IMG/VR virus record: IMGVR_UViG_3300010262_000138
Location: 1-64,000 of that record
Source: a virus
Taxonomy: Duplodnaviria; Caudoviricetes
Direction: 5' to 3' (one strand)
Length of the DNA stretch: 64,000 nucleotides
Below the pieces are notes generated by a model. It was not told the DNA's origin and did not search any database. It saw nothing but the letters and a program-made list of their open reading frames with translations. Positions 9,228 to 18,953 of this stretch are shown piece after piece. Every line of letters begins with the position of its first letter. Positions within the stretch are counted from its first letter, which is position 1. The position numbers were made by a program, and so were the translations under genes.

Positions 9228-9422
9228 CTACTTAAACATTGCGATAGGGTCCTCTCCAATGAATTCTTCCGTTTCAATCAGGATGTCTGTTTCGCTGTAG
9301 ACCCTGTTTTCCGATTTTGGATCTATTGCGTCGCAATACAATTCTCCATTTCGCTCTATCATCATTCCAAGGTTACTATAAGCTCTGACTAACCCGTTTG
9401 CTAAATCATCATATACAATCAT
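9228..9422 (-). CDS. Small phage protein (fibre-associated)
   Basis: Co-oriented, RBS present, follows the LRR gene; DAIDP...R.Y.ETD motif. Confidence 0.6.
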   Translation of the reverse strand: MIVYDDLANGLVRAYSNLGMMIERNGELYCDAIDPKSENRVYSETDILIETEEFIGEDPIAMFK

Positions 9423-9438
9423 ATTTACCCCTTTTTTT

Positions 9439-11319
9439 TTAGCTCAATGGTGAATCCTCGACAAAGTAGCTTGTCAAGGCGCTCCAGTTAGTCGCAGACG
9501 AATACGCGGACAAAGTTCCAGCGGGGATGTGCAATTTAAATCCCGTATTTGATGTGGGTAATGCCGATGAACTTGCCAATGTGGGCGGGGTAGACGGCAG
9601 ATATACATTAACCAAACTCCGGCAACCTTGGAAACAACCGGTTGGTATATACGTTGTATTCATCGTTGCATTAACAAGCATAGTGCAGTAATAAAAAAGC
9701 TGTTGCGCATCACTTGTTAAAGAGCAATTAACCACTGCGTCTGTTAATGAATATAAATAGGAAAACGCCTGCTTCCCAATACTTGTAAGCGTAGATGGCA
9801 GTTTAATGGTTGTAAACTTAGCGCTTTGAAATGCGTTTTGGCCGATAGTGGCGACATTACAAAAATCAAACGAATTGATTCCGGCAGAATTAAAAGCATA
9901 TTTGTTTATTGCGGTACAAGTCGTTGGCAATTTAATCGTTTCAAGCACTGAACAGGATTGAAACATATAATCATATATCGCCGTTAATTGTGTGTTGCTT
10001 AAATCCACATACCTAAGAGCCGTATTGTCTTTTAAAAGATAGGAAGCGCTAATTTGTGTTAAGGTATTGGGCAATTTAATTGAAAATAGCGAGGAATTGC
10101 TTTGAATTTTCCAGCTAGAAGACATCGAAGTAATCGGTAGTGTGCTAAGATCGATTTCTGAGACTCTAGTTTTAAAAAACGTAAGCCCGTCAGAAGAACT
10201 CATGTGGCTTAATGTGGTGGCAATTTCGTCATCATATAGTGGAGCATTTGTATTATTGTAACCTAAAAACATGTTCGCTGCATTATATCCTTTTAACTGT
10301 TGCAACCCTTCAAAAAAAGAATAATAATGATTTAGTCCGTTGGGAAAATCCAAATACATTAAGTTGCTTATTCCGGGAAAACTATAACTACCGATGTCTT
10401 TTCTTCGCAAATATTTAACACGACTCATATATGCGCCTGGCTCAGATGTCCCGTAACTAGATACAAAAGGGAAATATTTTAAATTCCGACAATGGCTTGT
10501 ATCGAGCGGAATGGTCCCATACGGCAACGATATTTCTTCGAGGTTTATGCACCCACTAAACCCATAATTCGCAGCAAATCCATTATTAAGACAACATCTA
10601 TCGCCTATATATGCCTTTCTGAGCGAGCCCATAGGATTAAACCCGGTTTTAGATTGAGTGGGAGAGTTTTCGCTGTACTGCGAAGCCCTTCCGTTAAACG
10701 AAAAACTAGCACTAGAGTTACCAAATTCAAAGTTAGTAACATCAATCCGAATTACATAGTCGCCTGCTTCGGCATATGTGTGCGTTGCTGTTTCGTACCT
10801 GCCCAACGATACATCGCCCAGCGCCGTTCCGCCGCCACCGTCTCCCCAAACAATTCCAATAGACACATGGTACATATACATATACATGCTAAACTCGGTG
10901 TTTGGTTTATCAATGGTAATATGCAGAAACGTTGGCCGTCTAAGAAGAGGGTTCCCGCTGATTGTGCGATAGGCGGCACTGATGATGGTGACTCGCCTAT
11001 TGATTGAATTTAGTTCGTTATCGTAAACGCACCATTTCTGAAATTCAATTCCAATATCCGTATGATCTGGATTTGTATCCGGGAGACTTACCGAATCACC
11101 AATGCTGCAATTTACTTCTTTTACAACAGTTCCGTCATAGTCAATAAAAAATACATTGCAGTCACCGGAGGCTCCCCCTCCCATTTTTGCTGTTCCTACA
11201 ATCTCATTTCCGGCCTTGTCGTGTGCGGTATATCCTTCTGCAAGGGTATCAGCCGTTACGGTGTCCCCGGTCAAATCAATGAGCGTGGTTGCCCCATATA
11301 CAACCTTGTTAGTTGCCAT
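9439..11319 (-). CDS. Phage tail-associated protein with C-terminal BspA-type leucine-rich repeats
   Basis: Repeats IKLPNTLTQI, IKLPTTCTAINKYAF, IKLPSTLTSIGKQAF, and a PPTL...AY..ATNW cap; N-terminal module shared with the upstream gene. Confidence 0.8.
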   Translation of the reverse strand: MATNKVVYGATTLIDLTGDTVTADTLAEGYTAHDKAGNEIVGTAKMGGGASGDCNVFFIDYDGTVVKEVNCSIGDSVSLPDTNPDHTDIGIEFQKWCVYDNELNSINRRVTIISAAYRTISGNPLLRRPTFLHITIDKPNTEFSMYMYMYHVSIGIVWGDGGGGTALGDVSLGRYETATHTYAEAGDYVIRIDVTNFEFGNSSASFSFNGRASQYSENSPTQSKTGFNPMGSLRKAYIGDRCCLNNGFAANYGFSGCINLEEISLPYGTIPLDTSHCRNLKYFPFVSSYGTSEPGAYMSRVKYLRRKDIGSYSFPGISNLMYLDFPNGLNHYYSFFEGLQQLKGYNAANMFLGYNNTNAPLYDDEIATTLSHMSSSDGLTFFKTRVSEIDLSTLPITSMSSSWKIQSNSSLFSIKLPNTLTQISASYLLKDNTALRYVDLSNTQLTAIYDYMFQSCSVLETIKLPTTCTAINKYAFNSAGINSFDFCNVATIGQNAFQSAKFTTIKLPSTLTSIGKQAFSYLYSLTDAVVNCSLTSDAQQLFYYCTMLVNATMNTTYIPTGCFQGCRSLVNVYLPSTPPTLASSSALPTSNTGFKLHIPAGTLSAYSSATNWSALTSYFVEDSPLS

Positions 11320-11321
11320 AG

Positions 11322-11903
11322 TTAAGCCCCCGCAATCGTTACTGTCTTTCCTCCGGCCGCATTGTCACTTTCAACATACGGGATTGCCTCTACTGTCACC
11401 TGAGACAGATAATCATACCCTTCATCCGGCAGGATGGTTTGTTGATTTGTGGCGGGAATGACGGATTTGCTCTGTGCCGTTACGTCGCTGGACGGCTCAC
11501 AGGTGCCGGTGACGCCTAAAATCGTTACGCCCTGTTTGATGTTGGCGGGGATGATCTTGGCCTGTTCGGTGCTGTCGATCCCGACCGATCCGGATCCGTC
11601 GTGATACCCCTGCGAAATAGTCACTTTGCCTGTTTTGCTTGCGATATTCCCGGTTACTTTTCCTCGATTGGGCATCGTTCCGGTCAGCCTGGTCCCTCTG
11701 GCATACGCGGTCTTTCCTTCGAGGATTTCGGCCACTGCGGCGGTGGCGTCGTCCGAATCCACATCAAATTCACACGAGCCTGTAATGACCGCGCCGCTTT
11801 TATCGTGGGCGGTAAATCCGCTCAGGATTTTATCAGCCGTAACGGTATCGCTGGTCAGGTCGATCAGTGTATTTCCGCCGTATATGATTTTGTTGACTGC
11901 CAT
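11322..11903 (-). CDS. Phage tail-fibre-associated protein
   Basis: NKIIYGG.TLIDLT, GYHDGSG, IIPANIKQGVTILGVTG, PDEGYDYLSQVTV motifs typical of Firmicute tail accessory proteins. Confidence 0.75.
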   Translation of the reverse strand: MAVNKIIYGGNTLIDLTSDTVTADKILSGFTAHDKSGAVITGSCEFDVDSDDATAAVAEILEGKTAYARGTRLTGTMPNRGKVTGNIASKTGKVTISQGYHDGSGSVGIDSTEQAKIIPANIKQGVTILGVTGTCEPSSDVTAQSKSVIPATNQQTILPDEGYDYLSQVTVEAIPYVESDNAAGGKTVTIAGA

Positions 11904-11905
11904 TT

Positions 11906-12181
11906 TTAACTGCCTCCTATGATGATTGTTTGTCCAAAATTGTTGCTGACTGCGTAATAGGGGATCTCTTTTACTATCAGGTCTTGCTTCATTAGTTTTT
12001 TTTCTGTTGGCAGGGTCTGTCTTTCTACCCTTGGCGTAATCTCATAGCTCTCTGTATATTCTTCTGCCCCTGCCGTAACTACAGTAATATCCTCAAAATT
12101 TGCAGAGAATCGCCTTTCTACATCCTCAAATCCTGCAGAGAAACGTTGTTCTTTATAGTCGAATGTAACATTGATTCTCAT
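11906..12181 (-). CDS. Phage tail accessory protein
   Basis: YEITP...QTLPT..K.M..DL.V.EIPYY motif; operonic. Confidence 0.7.
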   Translation of the reverse strand: MRINVTFDYKEQRFSAGFEDVERRFSANFEDITVVTAGAEEYTESYEITPRVERQTLPTEKKLMKQDLIVKEIPYYAVSNNFGQTIIIGGS

Positions 12182-12492
12182 TGAATCACCCCGTCCCTCA
12201 GAATATCTCTAACTGGAACGGTAATTATATTTGAAGCAAGTGCTTCATCTTGGTTAGTCAATACACGTATCTGTATCAACACATCGAATGCACTTTTTAG
12301 TTTCAAAGTTTGCTCTTGGGTCATATTAATCGTGATCTGGGTTCCTTCCCACTCACAACATTCGTCATTTAATTCGACTGTGAAGCACTCGTTTCTATTT
12401 TGAGCGAAAGTGATCCAGCAAACCTTAGCTTCGTTAAGTGAAAATGGCAGAGTAAAGTGTAATACAGGTGTAGTACCTCGAATCATTACCAA
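12178..12492 (-). CDS. Phage structural protein (BppU-like Ig fold)
   Basis: RGTTP...F.LP...L.QEQTL...IQIR motif; overlaps the next gene. Confidence 0.7.
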   Translation of the reverse strand: MVMIRGTTPVLHFTLPFSLNEAKVCWITFAQNRNECFTVELNDECCEWEGTQITINMTQEQTLKLKSAFDVLIQIRVLTNQDEALASNIITVPVRDILRDGVIQ

Positions 12493-12533
12493 CCCTCCTT
12501 AATGAAAGAGGACCACATATTACTGCGGCCCTC

Positions 12534-12947
12534 TTAGAAAAAATAGTATCTTGGCACTTCCTCTCCATACCACTTCCACCTGATCCAGTCATCAATGTAA
12601 ATAATAACTCCAGAAAGAAAGAACCATAAAAGAGAAAACAGGGGACATACCTGCCCCAACAGGTTCCCATAAAAACTTGAGTAGTCCCATATGTTCCAGC
12701 CCAACCAAAGATTAACGATACATCCGGTACAGAATTCAGATGCAGTGATTATAGAGGCTCCCATACCCATTTGAAGCACAAATGGCATCTCCCACGAGAT
12801 TATCTCATTTATACTCCCGACTGCTACAAAGCAGATTCCGCCCAATATAAACATTGTCCAATGGCTATATCCCCGCCAAAGATATTCGGCGGCGACATAA
12901 AGTGCGCCGCCGATCATCCCAAGCGTCAGATTACGACGCCACTGCAT
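12534..12947 (-). CDS. Small membrane protein of the 'putative ABC permease'-like family common in phages
   Basis: E.LWRGYSHWTMF..GG, EF..G.IVN.WLG..IWDYS...N..GQVC; start reassigned to ATG 12947 overlapping the upstream stop. Confidence 0.75.
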   Translation of the reverse strand: MQWRRNLTLGMIGGALYVAAEYLWRGYSHWTMFILGGICFVAVGSINEIISWEMPFVLQMGMGASIITASEFCTGCIVNLWLGWNIWDYSSFYGNLLGQVCPLFSLLWFFLSGVIIYIDDWIRWKWYGEEVPRYYFF

Positions 12948-13458
12948 AGCTGATGGTAACGGCCTTAACCGCATCCACCGTCTCGCAAGATCTAATCTGC
13001 ACCTCAATTGCCTGCTGCTGTGCCACCAACGGCTCAACATAAGCGGCAATCGAAAGAGCGAGGGCGGCGAGATTTTCATAAGTCCACTCGGTACATTCCT
13101 GCCCGGTGGCATTCCATTTAAGTACAGGAGTCTGGCCGGCGGCAACAGCAATCTGATAGCGGGCCAGTGCCGAGGTAAGAAGTGACTGCTTTTCAGCAGT
13201 TACGCTGTACTGCTTTCCATCAGTGTATGTCAAAGGACGCTCTTCAAGAAACTCCGCAAGCACCCCTTTAGACTCTGCGATTTTAGCAGCCTTATAGTCT
13301 TCCAGCGAGGTCCCTGCCGGGATGTAAGGGCTGTACGGATCTCCCGTAATTTCCTCATACTGCGCAGAGGTAATAACACCTTTCTGCACAGCAACGTTTA
13401 CCATCATTTTACTCCAGAGTCCTCGGTTATAATTTCGCTTAATTTGTTCGAACCCCAT
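12931..13458 (-). CDS. XkdX-like N-terminus plus DUF4376-like tail-fibre chaperone
   Basis: FEQIKRNY.RGLW....V..AV.KG.IT..QYEEITG then K..KI.E.K...W...G..C..W. Confidence 0.7.
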   Translation of the reverse strand: MGFEQIKRNYNRGLWSKMMVNVAVQKGVITSAQYEEITGDPYSPYIPAGTSLEDYKAAKIAESKGVLAEFLEERPLTYTDGKQYSVTAEKQSLLTSALARYQIAVAAGQTPVLKWNATGQECTEWTYENLAALALSIAAYVEPLVAQQQAIEVQIRSCETVDAVKAVTISYAVAS

Positions 13459-13610
13459 ATATTCCTCCTAATATAACAAGCCCGAGTAAAACACGGGCTT
13501 ACATAAATCATTTTTATTTTATGCCTACAAAGCATTACAAAAGAAAATTATTCGAATGAGTCACGCAAAAATACGGAGCATTCTGATAAACAAAGAGTAG
13601 CCGCTTAGAG

Positions 13611-14366
13611 TTATACGCACTCAATATGGTGGTATTCCATTATTAAACTATCTGAAATAAGCTGATATGCTTTGGCGCTGTCTACATGAGACCATGGAGA
13701 GCCTGCGCGATGTGTAAGATCGACAAGTGCGCCAGCGGGATACTTTCCATACTTCTGGATCGTCTGGTCAATTGAACGGAGTTTATCAGTGCCGCCTTTT
13801 GCAAACAGAATACGGCTCCTCGCGGGCAATTCCTTTACGCCAATTTGAACATCGCTATCGTCACCAAACTCTAGTTGTTTAACATACTGAGACCCACTCC
13901 GCTTATAAGTTTCATAGACACTATCAACAACAGGTCCATGTGTAAACGCATAAATTTGATCTTCAAATAAGCGGTCGGAATGTTCACATAGATAATCAGC
14001 ATATGCAAAATATACAAGTTTTTCCAGAGACAAGTGCGTGCATTTGATTTTGGAAAGAATGTAGGAAGCTACATCCAGACCGGTTAAGACTCGGCTCTTT
14101 TTGACTTTCTCAGAAAATTCTGCTACGGACTTGGCGCATTCAACATCGTCAAAAAAAGGATCATATGTCGCAATTGATTCCCAAGAGTCAGATTCTGTCT
14201 CAATTAGATGAGTTGACAGAGGAACATCTTCACCGCAGCTTTGCTTGATACTTTTAATGATCATAGCTATTGCTTCGCTATTGAGCAATTCGCTCTTTGT
14301 AATGTCCAGCGCAACACGTGTGCCATCTGTGTACGAACTACTCATAATAATATAGTGCTTAACCAT
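13611..14366 (-). CDS. Panacea (DUF4065/SocA-like) antitoxin with extra N-terminal domain
   Basis: LEKLVYFAY, AFTHGPVV.SVY, LVDLTH..GSPW motifs. Confidence 0.85.
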   Translation of the reverse strand: MVKHYIIMSSSYTDGTRVALDITKSELLNSEAIAMIIKSIKQSCGEDVPLSTHLIETESDSWESIATYDPFFDDVECAKSVAEFSEKVKKSRVLTGLDVASYILSKIKCTHLSLEKLVYFAYADYLCEHSDRLFEDQIYAFTHGPVVDSVYETYKRSGSQYVKQLEFGDDSDVQIGVKELPARSRILFAKGGTDKLRSIDQTIQKYGKYPAGALVDLTHRAGSPWSHVDSAKAYQLISDSLIMEYHHIECV

Positions 14367-14988
14367 CGATGATTCCCCCCTCCTTACTTTCTTTCTCCCA
14401 CGTAGTATATTCCTGCTTGTATCTTTTATGAGATTTAAAATTTCTTTCTACATCGCATCTGTTCCAAATTTGCAATTCCCATGGGAATGATTCATTATTT
14501 TCCTTGAAATATAAATGGACGGCTTTATAATCAAGCTTTGACGAGTTGATACACTTATACTTGTCTTGGTAGGTATTTTCGACAAACGTTTGGATTGCTT
14601 CAAATGTCAACGGAAAATCCAAAATAATTCTTACTCCGAACAGGTCGTTAACACATTTATTGATTGGTATCCTTCCAAATTCATGTCTGGCGGTCTTGTA
14701 ATTTTGAATCTTATATTCAATGGAGTTCTGCGCTTTAACGCGAGCAGTAACCTGACAATCACACACAAAAGAGAGTTGTAAGGTTATACACGCGCTCTTC
14801 TCATTTAATAACCAAACATATTCCATAATATTCTTATAAATGGCGCCATCTATGTCAATGTCAGATACCTGAGACTTTTTTAAGTTTGTTCTTACATGAG
14901 CACCTTCAAGCCATTCATGTGTAACCTCAGTATATACAGATTGGATATAATCTATTAAGTCCTTAAGATCGTCGAAAACACTTCTCAT
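14359..14988 (-). CDS. RelA/SpoT-family small alarmone synthetase (toxSAS-like toxin)
   Basis: RVKAQNSIEYK, NDLFGVRII, YKAVH, WELQI synthetase motifs; overlaps the antitoxin start. Confidence 0.85.
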   Translation of the reverse strand: MRSVFDDLKDLIDYIQSVYTEVTHEWLEGAHVRTNLKKSQVSDIDIDGAIYKNIMEYVWLLNEKSACITLQLSFVCDCQVTARVKAQNSIEYKIQNYKTARHEFGRIPINKCVNDLFGVRIILDFPLTFEAIQTFVENTYQDKYKCINSSKLDYKAVHLYFKENNESFPWELQIWNRCDVERNFKSHKRYKQEYTTWEKESKEGGIIDG

Positions 14989-15067
14989 TATATACTACCT
15001 TGACACAATGTAAGCATATAACCGTCTCCTCAAAATAATATCCACAAGCAGGTACATGTTAATTCTA

Positions 15068-15096
15068 ATTATATATTATTATGCCTTACTTTACAA
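15068..15096 (-). promoter_or_regulatory. sigma-A promoter of the toxSAS-Panacea moron
   Basis: TTGTAA-N17-TATAAT on the minus strand. Confidence 0.6.
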
Positions 15097-15161
15097 TAGC
15101 AGACCTATTTATGAAAATAGTAAAGAAGTTTGTCTTAATATTACTATTTACTTAGATATAA

Positions 15162-15524
15162 TTATACCGCCAGCATGTTTTGATATTCCATCGCGGCGGC
15201 GATACGTTCTTCGGCTGTAGGTTCAGATGCGGCAGCCGCACTGGCCGCTGCTAATTCTTCCTCGAATGCTTCAATAGCTTCTAGGGTTTCCTGATTGCTC
15301 AATCCTTCTGGGAAAGTGGCTCCCATCTGCTCGGCGCGAGCTTTCATCATAGATAGCTCATCGATAAGAGCGCCGTTCTGAAATCCTTTAGCTAAGATCA
15401 TCACAGCTCCTTCTACGCAGTATGCGGGATAGCGATCTGACCACTGCTCTGGCGTGAAGAGCTCTCCAGAAGGTGTAACGACATTGCTAGTATGATCCCA
15501 GATTTGATAACGTTTTGTTGCCAT
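15162..15524 (-). CDS. Phage tail-fibre-associated protein
   Basis: Strong RBS; C-terminal PTAEERIAAAMEYQN motif typical of fibre chaperones. Confidence 0.7.
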   Translation of the reverse strand: MATKRYQIWDHTSNVVTPSGELFTPEQWSDRYPAYCVEGAVMILAKGFQNGALIDELSMMKARAEQMGATFPEGLSNQETLEAIEAFEEELAAASAAAASEPTAEERIAAAMEYQNMLAV

Positions 15525-15552
15525 AGAATGTGTCCTCCTTAATTACACTATG

Positions 15553-16665
15553 CTATGCGGTAAATTTATATACGCTAGAGGTTTCAGCACTCAGCGGACT
15601 GTTAGCAAATAACATCAGAGATTCATGCAGAATACCATAGGGTGGGGAGCTATTGCAATATTCATTCAAAGTTATAGACTCTTGCCTTACTAAGCTCGAA
15701 CTATAAGTATACATTATACTTTGCCTACGTGTACCACCGAACATCAGATATGAATCTCCAAATAATGCAACATTTAAGCCGGAACCATTGTCAGTGCCCG
15801 TCAAATGAGATACTGCAGTACTCTTTGTGAAACTGGAGTTATAAACATCAAAAGTGCCTGAAACTGCTTCGAATATAGCGTAAGGTGCTTTAGAACTATA
15901 ATTAGTAATGCCACCACCAGTGGCATCTGAACCAGAAAGATTAGTCAGTGTTGTTTTAGTCAATGAAGTATCATATGCAGTAACCTCACTATAGGTGGCA
16001 CCACTATAACCACGTCCACCAGCTAATATTACACGTCCATTTAGAGAAGCGACAGCATAATCTGATCCATGTGTACTGCTAGATGCGGTTGATTTTGTAA
16101 ATGAAGAATTGTATGCTATCACATTATTCTTATACGAAGTGCTGTATACCCCACCACCAAGGATCATATATGGACCATTACTAGCACCATTTAGGTTAGC
16201 AATTTTATCTGTTAATGCAGAGCATGAACTCTTAGTTAAAGCATTGTCGTACTTAGTAACGGTTGACTTATAAGGACCTAATCCTCCAGCGAATACAACA
16301 TATCCCTGATGATTGACTCCAGCAAATCTCGAAGTAGTATCTGGTAGCGATGTTGCAATAGTCCTAGTACAGCTAGAATTAAAAGCATTGACGGTATCAA
16401 AATAGTTGCGACTATCATCCTCACCACCAGCGAATAATATATAATCTGCAGTAGCTCCACCGGCAATACCATAAGAAATGACATAGGATAGTCCCATAGT
16501 AAGCGCACCATTATATTGATATCCGCTACTATAAAATAATCTAGCTACACCATTTACACCGATCCAAGCCTTTTTTATTTTCCTGGCAACGCCTCCAACG
16601 CCGATATACATCTTGCTTACCTTTTTGGCGACACTGCCTACGCCAATCCACATTCCTTTTGCCAT
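15553..16665 (-). CDS. Kelch-like beta-propeller protein, candidate receptor-binding protein
   Basis: N-term YIGVGGVARKIKKAWIGVNGVAR; repeated (F/L)AGG...V.AY..SLTK blades. Confidence 0.75.
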   Translation of the reverse strand: MAKGMWIGVGSVAKKVSKMYIGVGGVARKIKKAWIGVNGVARLFYSSGYQYNGALTMGLSYVISYGIAGGATADYILFAGGEDDSRNYFDTVNAFNSSCTRTIATSLPDTTSRFAGVNHQGYVVFAGGLGPYKSTVTKYDNALTKSSCSALTDKIANLNGASNGPYMILGGGVYSTSYKNNVIAYNSSFTKSTASSSTHGSDYAVASLNGRVILAGGRGYSGATYSEVTAYDTSLTKTTLTNLSGSDATGGGITNYSSKAPYAIFEAVSGTFDVYNSSFTKSTAVSHLTGTDNGSGLNVALFGDSYLMFGGTRRQSIMYTYSSSLVRQESITLNEYCNSSPPYGILHESLMLFANSPLSAETSSVYKFTA

Positions 16666-16677
16666 CAGTCAGCCTCC

Positions 16678-17988
16678 TCACTCGTACTGACAGTAAATTA
16701 CGCCGTTGCTCAATGCCGTAGTGCCAGCCGTAATTGCGCCGGTGCCTGCATAGATATTGCGTAACTGTGGCGTACTATAAGAGGTATTAGCAGTAGTTTT
16801 AGGAGTGCCTGTAAAGGTAGGGGAGGCGAGGGGGGCCCTCGTAGTATCGGTCGGGTGCTTATGATCCGACCTTGCAACAGTCCCCGCACTACCCGGTGAT
16901 GCCGTCCCATCTACAACTGGATTGGTCGTAGAATATGTAACATGAGTTCCATGCGAGGCTGCGGCAGCGCCAACATCGGAATTTGTTAAGTTAATATCCG
17001 AAGAAAGAGGTTTCCCGTTTACCGTTCTAGTGTCCGGAACAGCTCCCACATCAGACGGCACCAAATCAATATCAGCGGATAAACTCTTTCCGTTAACCGT
17101 TCTTGTCGAAGGAACAGCCCCCACATCATCAGGCACCAATGTGACATCCTGCTCTAAAGTCTTTCCGTTCACCTTTCTTCCGGATGGAACAGCGCCTACG
17201 TCTGCAGGATCCAAGGTGATGTCGCTGGAGAGGGGTTTTGAGTTAATCGTTCTTTCTGTTGGGACAGAACCCGTATCAGCAGAAGTAAGAGTTATATCCT
17301 CACTCAGCGCATGGCCGTTTACCTTACGCTCCACCGGGGCAAAAGAGGATACGCTTTTCCCGGAGTCCACAAGATTTCCGTCTGCATCGAGCTGCGGGAG
17401 ATTTCCAGCAACAGGGGATACCGGCTTATCTGATTTATTCTGCACTGACGAAATAGAGACTCCGCTATCAGAAATTGTACCGTCCGCAGTAGCGGAAAGC
17501 AGGTTCCCGGATACTGCGCTTACTTCCGGGGAAAAAGAAGACAGGACAACAAAGTATGTCCCGTCATATCTCATCAAATAGTTTCGATTTTTCAGCAGCT
17601 CGCCCGCACTGGGGTCCACCAATTCTCCATTCAGATTGGTTTTCTTGACATACTTGGCGCCCAACGAATTGATATTGATACTGGTAATACCTTTATTGTC
17701 GCGCCCAAATGAGATGATGAAAACCGTATTCCTAACATATCCTTCAATGCTGGCCTCGGTTGCATAATACGATGTGTCGTTTTCCGCCGTAGCAACTAAG
17801 AAAACGGTTGAAGGAGTGCTCTGCAGCTCCTGTACGGATCTCTCAAGCTCAGTAATGTCGGAGTCGATCTGCATAATGGCGCTTCCGACCTGAGTACCAA
17901 AGGTGTTGGTTCGGAAGGTCAAAAATGTCATGTCATTATCCGCAGCATCCGCAGCGGGATACCCTCTGGGGGTTGTTTTCATTGGCAT
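16678..17988 (-). CDS. Tail fibre protein with tandem ~25-aa repeats
   Basis: Five R(T/K)(V/I)N(G/S)(K/H).L..D(I/V).L...D(V/T)G repeats; ARSDHKHPTDT.RAPLASP.FTGTP. Confidence 0.8.
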   Translation of the reverse strand: MPMKTTPRGYPAADAADNDMTFLTFRTNTFGTQVGSAIMQIDSDITELERSVQELQSTPSTVFLVATAENDTSYYATEASIEGYVRNTVFIISFGRDNKGITSININSLGAKYVKKTNLNGELVDPSAGELLKNRNYLMRYDGTYFVVLSSFSPEVSAVSGNLLSATADGTISDSGVSISSVQNKSDKPVSPVAGNLPQLDADGNLVDSGKSVSSFAPVERKVNGHALSEDITLTSADTGSVPTERTINSKPLSSDITLDPADVGAVPSGRKVNGKTLEQDVTLVPDDVGAVPSTRTVNGKSLSADIDLVPSDVGAVPDTRTVNGKPLSSDINLTNSDVGAAAASHGTHVTYSTTNPVVDGTASPGSAGTVARSDHKHPTDTTRAPLASPTFTGTPKTTANTSYSTPQLRNIYAGTGAITAGTTALSNGVIYCQYE

Positions 17989-18000
17989 TGAAACGCCTCC

Positions 18001-18519
18001 TTAAGTCTTTTCGTCCATAGAGACGATTGTTTTTGAATCCAGTTCACTGACATACCAACGTTCCGAATCCGGATTACCGGGCGTTTTATAATCCCAATCC
18101 CTTACCAGATAGAACATCTTGACTACAGGGTTTGCAGTCATAATGATCTTCACAGGCAGAAACGTAGTCAAAATAACTCTTTCAATTGTAGAAAAAACAG
18201 CGGTACATGTAATCTTAATCGTATGGGGAACCCCTGCAATTCTTTCAATTACACTGAATACAGCACCCATCACGATCTTAATCTGCTCGCTGATTATAAT
18301 ATGATCAGTCAGCTTTGGAGCGTTCTCTTGCACCTGCATCTTAATGTTCAAAGGGAATGATGCAATAATCCTGTCAATTAAGCAGGGAGCGTAAACTGAA
18401 ATCTCCATCCGCACTTTGAGCATCGTATTGAACAGCCACTTAAAATATTTGCTGTATCCAGACAGCTTCATGCGGTATGTAAGCTTTGTGAGCAGCGGAA
18501 TTCCACTATATTTACTCAA
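18001..18519 (-). CDS. Phage tail-region hypothetical protein
   Basis: RBS GGAGG plus TTG start; operonic. Confidence 0.6.
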   Translation of the reverse strand: MSKYSGIPLLTKLTYRMKLSGYSKYFKWLFNTMLKVRMEISVYAPCLIDRIIASFPLNIKMQVQENAPKLTDHIIISEQIKIVMGAVFSVIERIAGVPHTIKITCTAVFSTIERVILTTFLPVKIIMTANPVVKMFYLVRDWDYKTPGNPDSERWYVSELDSKTIVSMDEKT

Positions 18520-18533
18520 ACAAAAAGACCTCC

Positions 18534-18941
18534 TTAATTGGAGGCAGTAAAGGTAATCTGACCCGGATCAAACTGTACGGTTGCAAGAGCCTGAACCAGT
18601 TTAGTAGGGCTCAAAGTAGCGTAATAGAGAACGTTACCACCGGTCGCAGCGTCAGCCACAAAGACGGTTTTAATCTGCCCCCAAGAAGTCGAACTCTGAT
18701 TAAACGCAATCGTGATTTTGTTGGAAAGCGCCCCGCCGTCACCGGCTGTAAAAGAATCCTTGCTGTTGGTCACAGACACCCTCGCGTAGTTGCCTCCTGA
18801 AATTTCTCCGGTCACAGTGCCGCTGGTGGAGACATCACCGGTCGCAAGGCCAATATAATAGGTCGTCGGGGCAACTTCACTGGCTCCCGAACGGCCAAAA
18901 AGAAAATCGACAATTCGATTCAATTGATTTGTAACAGTCAT
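18534..18941 (-). CDS. Phage tail fibre/baseplate protein
   Basis: YYIGL.T....GE.SGG.YARV.V...WG.I....DAATGGN.L motif. Confidence 0.75.
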   Translation of the reverse strand: MTVTNQLNRIVDFLFGRSGASEVAPTTYYIGLATGDVSTSGTVTGEISGGNYARVSVTNSKDSFTAGDGGALSNKITIAFNQSSTSWGQIKTVFVADAATGGNVLYYATLSPTKLVQALATVQFDPGQITFTASN

Positions 18942-18953
18942 GAATAATCCTCC

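Noticed and set aside
16960-17340. Regularly spaced repeats as a CRISPR array
   Set aside because: They are degenerate in-frame 25-aa protein repeats of a tail fibre; no cas genes
9439-17988. Diversity-generating retroelement acting on the fibre/LRR genes
   Set aside because: No reverse transcriptase and no TR/VR pair with adenine-specific mismatches seen in this window
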